64,000 nt of DNA from Clostridia bacterium (GCA_022793875.1 JAAWDR010000028.1:23544-87543), one strand, 5' to 3'. Positions 39,918 through 50,865 are shown, numbered from the stretch's first letter. A program made the numbers and translations. Notes: generated by a model from the letters alone, not told the origin.

Positions 39918-40211
39918 TCAAATTATGTTATTCACAAATTTTATTAAAAAACGATAATTCTCATCATTTAATTCCAACTTTTTTTCATTTTCTTCAAAAT
40001 TAGTAATCCAAATTCTCCTAGCCTTTTCTCTTTCATTCCTATCAAAACTTACATAAATACTTTTAATGTTCTTTAAATCAATTTCTGGATTTTCACTAAG
40101 AATTTTTTTAATTACATCATTTTCAATTTGCTTGGAATCGATTACATTATACCGTATCCATTCAACTCTAATCATATTCATTCTCCTTTTCATTACTAAA
40201 AAGATATTCAT
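39918..40211 (-). CDS. hypothetical small protein (85-97 aa; start uncertain)
   Basis: Intact ORF with AAAGGAGA SD near the internal ATGs. Contains an in-frame CGG. Confidence 0.4.
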   Translation of the reverse strand: MNIFLVMKRRMNMIRVEWIRYNVIDSKQIENDVIKKILSENPEIDLKNIKSIYVSFDRNEREKARRIWITNFEENEKKLELNDENYRFLIKFVNNII

Positions 40212-40287
40212 CTTTCAAATTATTAGTTACATTTTTAATGTTTACATTATATACTATTTTCTGTAATTTGCCAAGTATTTTTAGTAA

Positions 40288-40989
40288 CTATTTACAAAAT
40301 CTATGTTTACCAATAGTAACAGTCATAGGTCTTGACCAAATCCATTTATTCGTAGCAGTTGCAGGATTAAAATAATAAATTGCACCATAAGTTGGATCCC
40401 AACCATTTAAAGCATCTTGAGCAGCCTTTTTTGCTGTTGAATTTGGAGTCAAATTTATTTGACCATCACTCACTACATCAAATGCCCCTGATTGATATAT
40501 AACACCTGAAATTGTATTTGGGAATTTACTACTTTTTACTCTATTCATAACAACAGCTCCAACAGCAACTTGACCTGTATACGATTCTCCTCTTGCCTCT
40601 CCATAAATCAATCTTGATAACAAATTTAAGTTACTATTATAACTTGACGATGAACTTCCTGAAGAAGATGATGATGACATTATTCCCATAGCTTTTAAAG
40701 TTGCTGGACCTGCTATTCCATCAACCGCCAATCCATTTTTTCTTTGAAAATATTTTACAGCATTAACAGTTTGAGTGCCATATATTCCATCTATATTTCC
40801 ATTATAATATCCCCATCTTTTTAATTTTGTTTGTATCTGTGTTACTTCATTTCCTCTTGAACCATATTTTGATAATGCTTCTACTGAATTATATTTCTTA
40901 TATACAAAATATCCTCCTGCTATTAAAATTATTAATACTAAAAAAATAAAACTTATTATAAATTTTCTATTTTTGAACATATTTACCAC
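40288..40989 (-). CDS. SleB-type cell wall hydrolase with PG_binding_1 domain
   Basis: 233 aa with an N-terminal TM. The PG-binding repeat contains LKRWGYYNGNIDGIYG and GLAVDGIAG. A poly-Ser linker precedes the Hydrolase_2 motifs (YGEARGE, VMNRV, ISGVIYQSGAF). Confidence 0.8.
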   Translation of the reverse strand: MVNMFKNRKFIISFIFLVLIILIAGGYFVYKKYNSVEALSKYGSRGNEVTQIQTKLKRWGYYNGNIDGIYGTQTVNAVKYFQRKNGLAVDGIAGPATLKAMGIMSSSSSSGSSSSSYNSNLNLLSRLIYGEARGESYTGQVAVGAVVMNRVKSSKFPNTISGVIYQSGAFDVVSDGQINLTPNSTAKKAAQDALNGWDPTYGAIYYFNPATATNKWIWSRPMTVTIGKHRFCK

Positions 40990-41059
40990 CTATTTAAAAA
41001 TTTATAATTAGTTTTATCTTATTTTCAATATTTTATTCATTTTTTAATCAATTATATAT

Positions 41060-42082
41060 CTATGAGCAATACCTACATAAAATAGTTTCTAATCCGACTT
41101 GCAAATCTATTTTTCCATTTTTAAAATTATAATCCAAATCGCACAACTCTTGTAAAATCATTCTTAAATCATTTTCATTAAAATACTTAGACTGGACCTT
41201 ATATTTTGTTGTCAAAAAAGCCTGATTAGGTTTCAAATTTAAACTAGAAGTCAAATCCTTATTATTATTTAAAGCAACTTTAGTTATATACAATTTCTTA
41301 AAATGATTATATAAAGTTACTAAAATTTTAGCTAAAGGCTCTTTTGCATAAATTAAATTTTTCAAAACTTGTAATGCATTTGTTATATCTTTTTTACCCA
41401 AATCATCAGTTAAATCAAATATTACACTTTCCAACTTTTTAATTGATAATTTATCTATATCTTCTTTTTTTATTGTACCATTTTCTCCTGCATATTCAAT
41501 TAATTTTCTAATTTCATTAATCAAATCTTGCATATTAGTTCCACAACATTCAATAAAATACCTTATAGTTTGTGAATCAATTTGAACCTTATATCCATTG
41601 CAAATTGCTTTAATTCTTTGTTCTATCTGCAAAGGCTTTTGAAAATCAAATTTGCAAACAATTCCATTTTTATCAATAACTTTGTATAATTCTGATTTTT
41701 CATCTGCATCCTCTTCAACAAATACTAATACAACAGATTCATTCAAAATATTCATATTTTCACTAATATATTGTGTTAACTTATCTTTTATTTTAGAAAT
41801 ATCTCCTGTTTTCTTCTTCGATTCTTTTTTGAACAATCCTGTATTTCTTGCAATAATTAATTTCTTTTCATAACCAAAACTTGGCGTTTCTATATCTGAA
41901 ACAATATCTTGTACATTTTGCTCATCTATTAATATATAATTTATTCCTTTTACACATTCTCCAAAAATAACCTTTATTTTTTTCAAGTTACTTTCTAATA
42001 AAAACAGTTCTTCTCCATATAAAAGATATAGGCTATCCAATTTATTTTCTTTCAGTTCTTTTTCTAAATTTTCTATTGTCAT
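41060..42082 (-). CDS. holA: DNA polymerase III delta subunit
   Basis: 340 aa. The LYLLYGEELFLL N-terminus, the overall length and the neighbourhood are typical of HolA. Confidence 0.75.
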   Translation of the reverse strand: MTIENLEKELKENKLDSLYLLYGEELFLLESNLKKIKVIFGECVKGINYILIDEQNVQDIVSDIETPSFGYEKKLIIARNTGLFKKESKKKTGDISKIKDKLTQYISENMNILNESVVLVFVEEDADEKSELYKVIDKNGIVCKFDFQKPLQIEQRIKAICNGYKVQIDSQTIRYFIECCGTNMQDLINEIRKLIEYAGENGTIKKEDIDKLSIKKLESVIFDLTDDLGKKDITNALQVLKNLIYAKEPLAKILVTLYNHFKKLYITKVALNNNKDLTSSLNLKPNQAFLTTKYKVQSKYFNENDLRMILQELCDLDYNFKNGKIDLQVGLETILCRYCS

Positions 42083-42108
42083 ACTTAACTTAATCCCCCT
42101 TAAAGATA

Positions 42109-42158
42109 TGTCCCCAATGGGACAAAATGTCCCAAAAAGAAACGTCCCTAATGGGACA
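42109..42158. repeat. GGGAC/GTCCC double-hairpin element, family C; supplies the last codons and stop of the upstream gene
   Basis: tgtccccaatgggacaaaatgtcccaaaaagaaacgtccctaatgggaca. The debranching-enzyme ORF ends ...ata atg tcc cat tag inside it. Confidence 0.85.
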
Positions 42159-44218
42159 TTATTCTCAAAATTTCAGCTACACTCCATGCTTGAGCAATTG
42201 TTCCCTTTGGCTCATATGGTTTCTTTGAATCATATATCTCAGCAATACTTCCTATACAACCTCTTTGGTTAATTTCTTTTTCAAATGTTTTAAAAGTTTT
42301 CTCTATAAATGCATTTAACTTTTCTTCCAATCTAGCTTTATATGTCTTTCTATTTTCTGCTTTTATCATATTATTTAATGTATTATAATATAAACCTAAA
42401 AGCCACACCCAAGTTATTCCTTGATGATAGCTCATGTCTCTTCTAAAACTATCTCCTTCATATACTTCTACATAATTAGATTCACCTTTTGCTAAAGTTT
42501 TTAATCCATAATCATTTAATAATTTCTTTTCTACTACATTCAAAATATTATAAGCTTCTTCTGAATTTGGTTCTATTACAGGATATGTTAAACTTAATGC
42601 AAATAATTGATTTGGTCTTACTTTATTGTCTCCGTATTACATCATATAAACATTTTCTCTTTGGATTATAAAATTTTTCATTAAATGATTTTTTGCATTT
42701 TTTTGCTAAGTCTTTATATATCTTAATATGTGATTTGTTATTTCCAATTTTTTCTGTCAAATCTTTCATTATCATTAAAGCATTATACCATAAGCTATTT
42801 ATTTCAACAGCTTTTCCATTTCTAGGTGTTACTGCTAAATCACCATATTTTGCATCCATCCATGTGTTTTGTGTATATTCTGTTCCTGATGATATTAAGT
42901 AATCTTCATCTAAGTAAATATTATTATCATCTATATCTATCCCATTTATATAATTTTCTATTATTCTTTCTAATTTTTCATAAACATTTTCTTTTATGAA
43001 TTCATAATCTCCTGTATATTCTATGTATTTTTGTATTTGTTCAAATAAAAGTAGTGATGCGTCTACACTATTGTATAGTGGTCTATTGTCAAATCCTGAG
43101 TATCCATTTGGTACTAAACCATATTTTATATCTCTTATCATTGTTAATATTACTTCTTTTGCTATATCATATCTTTTTGTTTTTAATAATAATCCTTCAA
43201 ACGCTATTAAAGTATCTCTTCCCCAGTCTAAAAACCATGGATATCCTGCTATAATAGTATGTAATTTAAATGATGGTCTATATACAACAAATTGATCTGC
43301 TGCTTTTATTAGTTCTTTTATTATTTTTTCTTTTTTCTCTTCGCTAATTTCTGTTTTTGTATTTTTTTCAGTTTCTGCATTATTTCTTTTTTTCTTATTT
43401 TTTGATACTAATCCTGTTTTGTTTATTATTTCATCTATTCTTTCTGCTTCTCTTGCAATCACATCTTTAATGTTTATTTCTTCTATATTTTCTTCTAATC
43501 CACATATAAATGAAATTTCTTTTTCTTCATTTGGATTTAATTCTACTTTATATACTCCTGTAACACTATGGTTTTCTTTTGGATAAAATCCTCTTTTTTC
43601 TTCCTCTATATAAAACATATCTCTAAATGTATTATTTTGATGTTCTATATATTTTCCTTCTGACAAATTTAAATATACTGGAAAATCAGATTTTCCATCT
43701 ATTATTAACTTGACTTTTGTTCCATTTATAATTTGTCTAACACTAAAATCATGATTAGTATTCATTGTGTGGAAATCTCTAAAATTTACTATTGGTGCTA
43801 TTGTTAATTTTGATGATTTATTTGAATTTTTTATTTTATAATATACACCTACAACTTCTCTTCCTTGTTCCATACATATTGTTTTTGTTAATTCGACATC
43901 TTCTATTTTATATGTATATGTTGGAAAATAGTTTTTCTCAAATGTTTCTTGGTATTTATATCCTTGTGAGATATAGTTTTCTCCAACATTTGTATATAAA
44001 TCGTATTTATTCTCTCCAATTTGTATACTCTCATCTACTTTAGATAAAATCAAATATCTTCTAGCTGGAGGCGTTAATGGAGCTATCAATAAACCATGAT
44101 ATTTTCTAGTATTTGCTCCAATAATAGTAGAACTTGCAAATCCTCCTATTCCATTTGTTATCAACCATTCCTTCTTTAGTCCTTCTTCTAAATTCAAATC
44201 TTCTTTAGTAAATTTCAT
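42148..44218 (-). CDS. glycogen debranching enzyme family protein (bacterial GDE_N plus amylo-alpha-1,6-glucosidase GDE_C), split as written by one extra C
   Basis: ORFs 42623..44236 and 42148..42543 together make one gene. The gene strand reads gat gta ata C gga gac aat aaa gta aga cca aat caa tta ttt gca. Without the C (plus-strand G at 42634) this is ...CLYDVIGDNKVRPNQLFALSLTYPV... (conserved RPNQ..A.SL). Start trimmed to the ATG at 44218 after GGAGGAAG. Confidence 0.85.
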
Positions 44219-44357
44219 TTTTAATGCTTCCTCCAAATCTTTTACTTCTCAAATTATAAACATTTTAACATCTATTCTTTAATTTCTTATTTAGTCTTCT
44301 TACTTCTTTGTCTAACTCTTTTTTTCATATTTTTTACTAGATTTTCTATTATTTTTT

Positions 44358-45866
44358 CTATCTTCTTTCTTCATTTTTTTGTTCTTTTAATTTTATCATT
44401 TCATCAGACTGCTTTATTGACTCAATTCTTTCACTATATTTACTACTAAATTTACTACTTCTTTTATTAGATTCTTTTTTATCATCATTTCTACTTTTTA
44501 TTCTATCTTTTTCCATTTGTCTTTTTATTTTATTTATTCTTTTATCTTCTTTTAGCTTATTATTTAGCATTAAATATTGTGGATCATTTTGTTTATCTTG
44601 ATATTTTAAATCATCACATATAAGACCTATAATTGATTCTGCAACTAATTCTGGATCATGTCTAATACATTCATTAGAAATCATTGATAAATCTCTTTGT
44701 AAAAATGTTATTCCCTTTGCTTTATCAATATCTGGTATTACTAAGTCTTGTCCTTCAAGATTATATCTTTTTATAAATTCTGGTACTATTTCACCTGTAT
44801 CATAAATGCAATAATCTACAATACCTTTTCCACAATGTTCTATAATAGCATTTAAATGGTCTGATACACTATATTCATCGGTTTGACCTGGTTCTGTCAT
44901 TATATTACTTATATAAACTTTTAAACCTGTATTTTCTTTTATAGCTTTTGCTACTCCATTTACTAAAAGATTTGGTATAACATTTGTATATAAACTACCT
45001 GGTCCTATTATTATACAATCCGCTTCTTTTATTGCTTCAATTACACCTGGAGCTGGTCTACAATTTGTAGGGTTTAAATATATTCTATTAATTTTTGTTA
45101 CTTTTTCATATACCATTTCTGGAATTTTAGATTTCTCTGTTACTACATATCCATTATCAAGTTCAGCTGTTATATTCATATCATCTAATGTAACTGGTAT
45201 TACTTTTCCAACTATATTTAGAACTTCATTACTTTTTATTATTGATTTTGAAAAATCATTATTTATATTTTTCATAGCACTAAAGTATATATCTGAAAAT
45301 GTTAAATTTCTTAATCTTCCTTCTGAAAATTTATAGTTAAACAGTCTATTTAATTGTTCATCCTTATTTGAAAGTGCTATCATACTATCTCTTACATCAT
45401 TTAATGGCTTTGTTTGCAATTCTTTTCTTGATTCACTTATAGCTTCTCCATAATCAGATATTGTAACAATTGCTGTTAAATTATCAGTATATTTTTTTAA
45501 ACCTGAAAGAACAGTATTTAGACCTGTTCCTCCACCTATTACTACAATATTAGGTCCTTGGTCATATACTTTTTTATTAAAAATCAAAGATTTTAAATTT
45601 ACATTTTTTTTATCATTCATTCTATCATCTGTTGATTCTATTAATATCTCTAATGTTCTTTTATTTATAAATACTAGTCCTAATACAATTGCTACTACTC
45701 CAATTACAAATGTTACTATTATTTTTGCCAATTCATTAAATGACATTTCTTTTAATACTATTATTTCTGCTGTTCCATAACACATTAGTGATACTCCTAT
45801 TAATATTAATAACATCCATCTTTTTAATTTACTACTTCCTGCAAACCATTGCATAAATCCATTCAT
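44358..45866 (-). CDS. YvcK/CofD-like (UPF0052, gluconeogenesis factor family) protein with N-terminal TM segments and a Lys-rich tail
   Basis: 502 aa with NIVVIGGGTGLNTVLSGLKKYT and IIIGPGSLYTNVIPNLLV. Confidence 0.75.
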   Translation of the reverse strand: MNGFMQWFAGSSKLKRWMLLILIGVSLMCYGTAEIIVLKEMSFNELAKIIVTFVIGVVAIVLGLVFINKRTLEILIESTDDRMNDKKNVNLKSLIFNKKVYDQGPNIVVIGGGTGLNTVLSGLKKYTDNLTAIVTISDYGEAISESRKELQTKPLNDVRDSMIALSNKDEQLNRLFNYKFSEGRLRNLTFSDIYFSAMKNINNDFSKSIIKSNEVLNIVGKVIPVTLDDMNITAELDNGYVVTEKSKIPEMVYEKVTKINRIYLNPTNCRPAPGVIEAIKEADCIIIGPGSLYTNVIPNLLVNGVAKAIKENTGLKVYISNIMTEPGQTDEYSVSDHLNAIIEHCGKGIVDYCIYDTGEIVPEFIKRYNLEGQDLVIPDIDKAKGITFLQRDLSMISNECIRHDPELVAESIIGLICDDLKYQDKQNDPQYLMLNNKLKEDKRINKIKRQMEKDRIKSRNDDKKESNKRSSKFSSKYSERIESIKQSDEMIKLKEQKNEERR

Positions 45867-45881
45867 TTCTTATTACCTCCA

Positions 45882-45931
45882 TGTCCCATTGGGGACGTTT
45901 CTGTTTGGGACATTTTGTCCCATCTGGGACA
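45882..45931. repeat. GGGAC/GTCCC double-hairpin element, family C, inverted orientation
   Basis: tgtcccattggggacgtttctgtttgggacattttgtcccatctgggaca is the reverse complement of the 13309 and 42109 copies. Confidence 0.85.
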
Positions 45932-45969
45932 GATCTATATTCTAAAATATGTCCCAAAAAGAACCCTTA

Positions 45970-46887
45970 CTAATTAGACAAAATCTTTATCTCTAATTCT
46001 ATCTTCTTTTCAAATTTTTCAAAAACCTTGTCTTGTGCATATTTTGCTAAGTCTAAAACATCTTTTGCTGTTGCATTTCCTTTATTTATTATAAATCCTG
46101 CATGCTTTTCTGATATTTGTGCATTTCCTATTGAATATCCTTTTAGTCCTGCTTCATCAATTAATTTTGCTGTTATAAAATCTGTACCTCTTTTAAATGT
46201 ACTTCCTGCACTTGGATATTCTATAGGTTGTTTTTCTTTTCTATATTTAGCATGTTCATCCATTTTTTCTTTAATCTGTACTTTATTTCCTTTTTCTAAT
46301 AGTAATTTCACTTGCAAAATTATAAATTGCCCATCTGAAAATTTACTATGCCTATATGTAAATTGTGCTTCTTCGTTTGAAAATTTATGTATGTTTCCTT
46401 CATAATCCATTGCTGTTACTTCTGTTAATATATCTTTAATCTCTTTTCCATGTGCACCCGCATTCATAACTGTTGCTCCACCAATCGTTCCTGGTATTCC
46501 TGATAATTCTTCAAATCCTGCTATTTCTTCTCTAAGTAACTTTTGCGCTAAAAATCCTAATAGTACTCCTGAATCTACTTTGATTTCAATTTTTTCTTTT
46601 AATTGATTTATTTCTATTTCTTTTAGTTCTAGTTTTGCAACTATTCCTTTTATTCCTTCATCTGCTACTAGCAAATTACTTCCATTTCCAATTATCATAA
46701 ATGGAATTTGTTGTTTTTTTACTAATTCTAATATTTTTTTTAGTTCTTCTATTGTACTTATTTTTACCAAAAATTCCGCTTCTCCACCAATTTTAATTGA
46801 TGTATGATTTTTCATTGGTTCATTTTGTTTTATTCTATCTTCTGAAATAATCTCTTTTATTTTTGAAAATAATTCTTTATTATCCAA
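45970..46887 (-). CDS. murB: UDP-N-acetylenolpyruvoylglucosamine reductase
   Basis: 305 aa with NHTSIKIGGEAEF, IIGNGSNLL and PSAGSTFKR. Confidence 0.9.
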   Translation of the reverse strand: MDNKELFSKIKEIISEDRIKQNEPMKNHTSIKIGGEAEFLVKISTIEELKKILELVKKQQIPFMIIGNGSNLLVADEGIKGIVAKLELKEIEINQLKEKIEIKVDSGVLLGFLAQKLLREEIAGFEELSGIPGTIGGATVMNAGAHGKEIKDILTEVTAMDYEGNIHKFSNEEAQFTYRHSKFSDGQFIILQVKLLLEKGNKVQIKEKMDEHAKYRKEKQPIEYPSAGSTFKRGTDFITAKLIDEAGLKGYSIGNAQISEKHAGFIINKGNATAKDVLDLAKYAQDKVFEKFEKKIELEIKILSN

Positions 46888-46913
46888 TTTTCACACTCGC
46901 TTTCTTTTTATAT

Positions 46914-47372
46914 TCAGTTTTCAGTTTTAGAATATACATATAATGCTCGTTTTGATTTTGTTACTTTTACTGTTTCATTAATTACTTCACCTGTTTTGTA
47001 ATTAACTATATATGTATCTTCTGCACCTGTTATTCCTAATTTTTTCAAATCTTCTTTATTCAATCTTCTATATTCTGTTCCTTTTAATGTTATACTTCCT
47101 GATGAATTTGAATTTATTTCACTTATTATTGTTTCAACTTCTGTTTTACTTACTGTTGTTCCTGGTAGTTCTTCTTTTGTTAATTGTGATTTTGTGTATC
47201 TTTCTAAAATTGCATGTTGTATCATATTGATTTCTGAAATTTGTTTGTTTTCAGTTGTTTCTTTTATACTTAATACTGTTCCTGTTATTGATATTCCTGA
47301 TATTATTAATAATAGTATTATTGTTATTGTTAATGATACTAGTGTTATTCCTTTATTTTCTCTTATGTTCAT
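46914..47372 (-). CDS. hypothetical membrane-anchored protein with a pilin-like N-terminus
   Basis: 152 aa. NKGITLVSLTITIILLLIISGI resembles a prepilin leader plus hydrophobic helix but lacks the Glu at +5. Confidence 0.4.
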   Translation of the reverse strand: MNIRENKGITLVSLTITIILLLIISGISITGTVLSIKETTENKQISEINMIQHAILERYTKSQLTKEELPGTTVSKTEVETIISEINSNSSGSITLKGTEYRRLNKEDLKKLGITGAEDTYIVNYKTGEVINETVKVTKSKRALYVYSKTEN

Positions 47373-47543
47373 ATTTCTTTCCTCTTTTCTTATTTTTAAA
47401 TCATTCTAATTTTATAATAAAATATATTATTTTTCAAGTATTCTTAGGATTTTTTGTTCTAAATGCTTTATTTTTCCATTAAAATATAGTATAATTAATT
47501 ACAAGATGTTTAAAAATTTGAAAATAGAATGGAGATGAATTTT

Positions 47544-47984
47544 ATGTGGCAAATTTGGTTAATCATAGCAGGATTATTTTTTGTAGCTGAAATGATAACA
47601 GTTGGATTTTTAGTATTTTGGCTTGGAGTTGGAGCTCTATTTGCAATGGTTGTAAGTTTCTTTACTTCAAATTTAATTGCACAAACTACTGTATTTGTTA
47701 TATCATCTGCACTTTTAATCCTTATAACAAAACCTTTTGTAAAAAAATTTGTTGATGTAAAGCCAACTAAAACAAATGCTTTTTCTATAATTGGAAAAAA
47801 AGCTTTAGTTATTAAAGAAATTAATCCTATCAAATCAACTGGTCAAATAAAGGTAAATGGTGAAGTTTGGACAGCTGAAACTGAAAATGATGAGATTATT
47901 GCAGAAGGTTCAGAAGTTGAGATTTTACAAATTAAAGGTGTTAAAGTTGTTGTAAAAGAATTAGCAGTAGCTATACAAAAATAA
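47544..47984 (+). CDS. NfeD family membrane protein
   Basis: Two TM segments followed by an OB-fold C-terminus (IKVNGEVWTAE...GSEVEILQIKGVKVVV). Sits upstream of an SPFH gene. Start taken at the third ATG because of SD spacing. Confidence 0.75.
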   Translation: MWQIWLIIAGLFFVAEMITVGFLVFWLGVGALFAMVVSFFTSNLIAQTTVFVISSALLILITKPFVKKFVDVKPTKTNAFSIIGKKALVIKEINPIKSTGQIKVNGEVWTAETENDEIIAEGSEVEILQIKGVKVVVKELAVAIQK

Positions 47985-48085
47985 ACTTCTTTTATAGAAT
48001 ATTAAAAATTCTATAAATTTAATTTTGTTATTATTATTACTTATTTATAAGTATTTATATTTTATTATTTAAAGGAGGTATTTAT

Positions 48086-49015
48086 ATGTGGTTTTTATTA
48101 GTTTTATTAGTTATAATATTAGTTATAGCATTTAAATCAATTAAAATCGTTAAACAAGCTGAGGTTTATGTAATTGAAAGATTAGGAAAATTTTATAAGG
48201 TTGCAGATGCAGGTCTTACTATTATAATTCCATTTTTCGACCATGTACGTTCAGTTGTTAGCTTAAAACAACAAACAATGGACGTTCCACCTCAAGGAGT
48301 TATTACAAAAGATAATGTTACAATAAAAATTGATACTGTTGTTTTCTATCAAATAACAGATCCTGCAAAAGCAGTTTATGAAATTCAAAGTTTAAAGAAA
48401 GGTATTGAATACTTAGCAATCACAACAATCCGTGATATTATTGGTAAAATGACTTTAGATGAAACATTTAGTTCTAGAGATAGTATTAATGATAGATTAA
48501 GAGTTGTTTTAGATGAAGCTACTGATAGATGGGGATGTAAAATTGACAGAGTTGAAATAAAGGATATTACACCACCAGCTGATATCAGAGATGCAATGGA
48601 AAAAGAAATGAATGCTGAAAGAAATAAAAGAGCTTTAATTCTTGAATCTGAAGCTCAAAAACAATCTGCTGTAATGATTGCTGAAGGTAAAAAACAAGCT
48701 GCTATATTAGAAGCTGAAGCAGACAAAGAGGCTGCTATTCTAAAGGCAGAAGCTGACAAAGAAGCCAAAATTACTAGAGCTACTGGTGAGGCTCAAGCTA
48801 TTAAAGCTGTTGCTGATGCTAAGGCTAGAGAAATTGAAATGGTTTATAGTGCTATTAAGAATTCAAATCCTGATGATAGACTAGTTCAATTAAAATCTTT
48901 AGAAGCTCTTGAAAAAGTTGCTAATGGTGAGGCTAATAAAGTGTTTATTCCTTTTGATGCTACTAGTGCTTTATCAAGCTTAGGTGCTATTAAAGAAGTT
49001 ATGAAAGATAAATAA
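48086..49015 (+). CDS. SPFH/band-7 (stomatin/slipin-like) protein
   Basis: 309 aa. An N-terminal TM is followed by VIERLGKF...TKDNV...DPAKAVYEI...RDIIG, then an Ala/Glu/Lys coiled-coil tail. Confidence 0.85.
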   Translation: MWFLLVLLVIILVIAFKSIKIVKQAEVYVIERLGKFYKVADAGLTIIIPFFDHVRSVVSLKQQTMDVPPQGVITKDNVTIKIDTVVFYQITDPAKAVYEIQSLKKGIEYLAITTIRDIIGKMTLDETFSSRDSINDRLRVVLDEATDRWGCKIDRVEIKDITPPADIRDAMEKEMNAERNKRALILESEAQKQSAVMIAEGKKQAAILEAEADKEAAILKAEADKEAKITRATGEAQAIKAVADAKAREIEMVYSAIKNSNPDDRLVQLKSLEALEKVANGEANKVFIPFDATSALSSLGAIKEVMKDK

Positions 49016-49016
49016 A

Positions 49017-49145
49017 AGAGGGAGAAAGGGACGTTCCTAAAATCCCCCAAAAAAGGGAAAAAGGGACACTGCTTAGTTCTAAAAACTAAGCAGTGTCCCT
49101 TTTTCCCTTTTTTGGGGGATTTTAGGAACGTCCCTTTCTCCCTCT
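49017..49145. repeat. long perfect inverted repeat, family B (62-bp arms, 5-nt loop), between convergent genes
   Basis: agagggagaaagggacgttcctaaaatcccccaaaaaagggaaaaagggacactgcttagtt has its exact reverse complement in the other arm. It starts 1 nt after the SPFH stop and ends 1 nt before the argS stop. Confidence 0.9.
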
Positions 49146-49146
49146 T

Positions 49147-50865
49147 TTACATTTTCTCTGGCATTTCTATTCCTAATAAACTTGCACCTTGTTTTAAAAC
49201 TTTTTGAACAGCAAATGTCAAATACACTCTAGCATCTTGAATATTTTTATTTTCAACAATAATCTTATTTTCATTATAAAAGCTACTATAAGCCTTTGCT
49301 AAATCAATTAAATATTTTGCAAGTATAGAAGGTTCATTTTTCTCTGTTACTTGAACTAAAACATCTTCAAAATTATAAACCAATTTTAATATTTCTAAAG
49401 AATATTCATCTAATAAATTTTCCATTTTTATATCTTCAAGTTTTGGTATTATTCCACCTGCTTTTTCTATTACACTTTTTGTTCTAACATAAGTATATTG
49501 AATATATGGTCCTGTTTCACCTTGGAAATTTAGTGCTGTATTCCAGTCAAATATTTGATCTTTTATATTTACTGTTGATAATGTATTAAATATAATTGCT
49601 CCTATTCCTACTTTTTTAGCAACCTCTTCTTTATTTTTTAATTCTGAATTTTTCTCATTAACTATTTCTTGTGCTTTTTCAATTGTTCCATTTATTAAAT
49701 CTTCTATTTTAACTACATTTCCAAGCCTTGTTGACATTTTTCCAGAAGGTAAGCTTACCATACCAAATGATATATGTTCCAATCCATTTGCATATTTTTC
49801 ATCTACTAAATATTTTGCTACTTCAAATATTTGTTTAAAATGTAAATTTTGTTCATATGCAACTACATATAAACATTTATCAAAGTCATATGTTTTTGCT
49901 CTATACATAATTGCTGCTAAATCTCTTGTTGCATATATTGATGACCCATTTGATTTTTGTATTATACATGGTGTATTTATCCCTGCATATTCTAAGTCTA
50001 CTATTTTTGCTCCTTCTGATTCTGTTATTTTTCCTTTTTCTTCTAATGTTTTTATTACATTTGCTGTTTTATCTGAATAAAATGCTTCTCCATTATATGA
50101 ATCAAATTTTACATTTAATATATCATATATTTTGTTAAATTCTATCATACTTAAATCTTTGAATTTATTCCATAATTCAACGCAATATTTATCTCCTTCT
50201 TCCAATAATCTGAAGTTTTCTCTACATCTTTCTAATACTTCTTCATCTTCTTTGCACAAAGCATTTATTCTTACATATATATCCATCATTTTATTAATTG
50301 GGTCATCATTTAAATCATATTCACTTCCCCACATTTTGTATCCTTCAATCATCTTTCCAAATTGTGTTCCATAATCTCCTAAATGATTTATTCCTATTGT
50401 ATTATATCCTAGATATTTATATGTTTTATATAATGCATTTCCTATTAATGTTGTTCTTAAATGTCCTATGTGGAATGGTTTTGCAATATTGGGTGCTGAA
50501 TATTCTACTATTATGTTTTTTCCTTTTCCTATTTCTGATTTTCCATATTCTTCGCTATTTTCTATTTCTTGTAAGACTTCTTTTGCTAAAATTTCTTTGT
50601 TTATAAAGAAATTTAAATACCCTCCTGCAACATCTATTTTTTCTATATTTTCTTCTTGTTCAACTTCTTTTCCTAGTTTTTCTTTTATTTCATTTGCTAT
50701 AATTGGTGGTGCTTTTTTTAGTTCTTTTGCTAGCCTGAAACATGGAAATGAGTAGTCTCCATTTGTTTTGTCTTTTGGTGTTTCTATATATGTTTCTAAT
50801 TCTTTTTCTTCTATTTGCGTTGCTTTTGCTATTTTGTTTGCTATTATTTTCTTAAAATTTATCAT
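49147..50865 (-). CDS. argS: arginine--tRNA ligase
   Basis: 572 aa with SAPNIAKPFHIGHLRTT (HIGH). The domain order is typical and the protein ends in M. Confidence 0.9.
   Translation of the reverse strand: MINFKKIIANKIAKATQIEEKELETYIETPKDKTNGDYSFPCFRLAKELKKAPPIIANEIKEKLGKEVEQEENIEKIDVAGGYLNFFINKEILAKEVLQEIENSEEYGKSEIGKGKNIIVEYSAPNIAKPFHIGHLRTTLIGNALYKTYKYLGYNTIGINHLGDYGTQFGKMIEGYKMWGSEYDLNDDPINKMMDIYVRINALCKEDEEVLERCRENFRLLEEGDKYCVELWNKFKDLSMIEFNKIYDILNVKFDSYNGEAFYSDKTANVIKTLEEKGKITESEGAKIVDLEYAGINTPCIIQKSNGSSIYATRDLAAIMYRAKTYDFDKCLYVVAYEQNLHFKQIFEVAKYLVDEKYANGLEHISFGMVSLPSGKMSTRLGNVVKIEDLINGTIEKAQEIVNEKNSELKNKEEVAKKVGIGAIIFNTLSTVNIKDQIFDWNTALNFQGETGPYIQYTYVRTKSVIEKAGGIIPKLEDIKMENLLDEYSLEILKLVYNFEDVLVQVTEKNEPSILAKYLIDLAKAYSSFYNENKIIVENKNIQDARVYLTFAVQKVLKQGASLLGIEMPEKM

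Noticed and set aside
47510-47833. Antisense or alternative-frame ORFs 47510-47833, 53542-53817 and 18912-19193.
   Set aside because: Each overlaps a better-supported gene: NfeD, the HIT-domain gene and the AAA+ ATPase respectively. None has a translation signal.
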